NCBI GenBank assembly: GCA_045837725.1
Contig: JBEWZL010000178.1
Location: forward strand, 186,001 to 209,077
Reading direction: 5' to 3'
Length of the DNA stretch: 23,077 bases
DNA from: Vermamoeba vermiformis
Taxonomy: Eukaryota
Part shown: positions 22,802 to 23,077 of the stretch, piece by piece
Position numbering within the stretch: position 1 is the stretch's first letter
Layout: each line of letters opens with the position of its first letter
Position numbers and translations under genes: made by a program
Notes under the pieces: model-generated
Told to the model about the DNA's origin: nothing
Database searches by the model: none
The model's input: only the letters and a program-made list of their open reading frames with translations

Positions 22802-23077
22802 ATTAAATTCACGATATAAGACCAGTGTTGTATCAATTTCGTTGTCTTTACTAAATTAAATTTGCGTTACAACTGCGAGTCGGTGTCAAATTCGCAGAAT
22901 GCAAAGAGAAATGCAGATCTGCTAAACTGACTCTGAAGCACATAAAAATTGACGAATTATGCAGCACACTTAGCAAGTGTTGTGTTCGCTTTTAAATAGA
23001 GTAACCGACGACTTGGTTCTTGACACGTTTTTCACCTCCGATCTCGAACTTTTTGCAGCGCTTGATCGGCTTGAAGC

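Noticed and set aside
1-23077. Alternative genetic code, transposon or prokaryotic system
   Set aside because: In-frame stops in the modelled genes are explained by introns; no transposase, reverse transcriptase, integrase or operon-like features were seen.

Overview
Eukaryotic, AT-rich, intron-dense genomic DNA (protist-like, possibly amoebozoan; standard genetic code; about 60 short spliceosomal introns inferred by hand, so the ORF track fragments every gene). In order it contains: two tandem paralogs of an uncharacterised family with F-box-like and degenerate SH2-like motifs (the first truncated by the window edge); a low-complexity/coiled-coil gene; a possible F-box relic; a secreted plant-type LRR protein preceded by a perfect heat-shock element; a UBZ-MIU-RING-UBE2Q-type E2 fusion gene; a GH35 beta-galactosidase carrying a tRNA-Asn(GTT) gene in an intron; a RhoGAP; COG8; a cytochrome P450; and a small coiled-coil ORF. 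Most notable are the E2/RING fusion, two near-identical DNA islands shared by otherwise highly diverged paralogs, the intronic tRNA, three GC-AG introns, and recurrent GATC-core motifs in introns. Exon boundaries were inferred by eye and have no transcript support.
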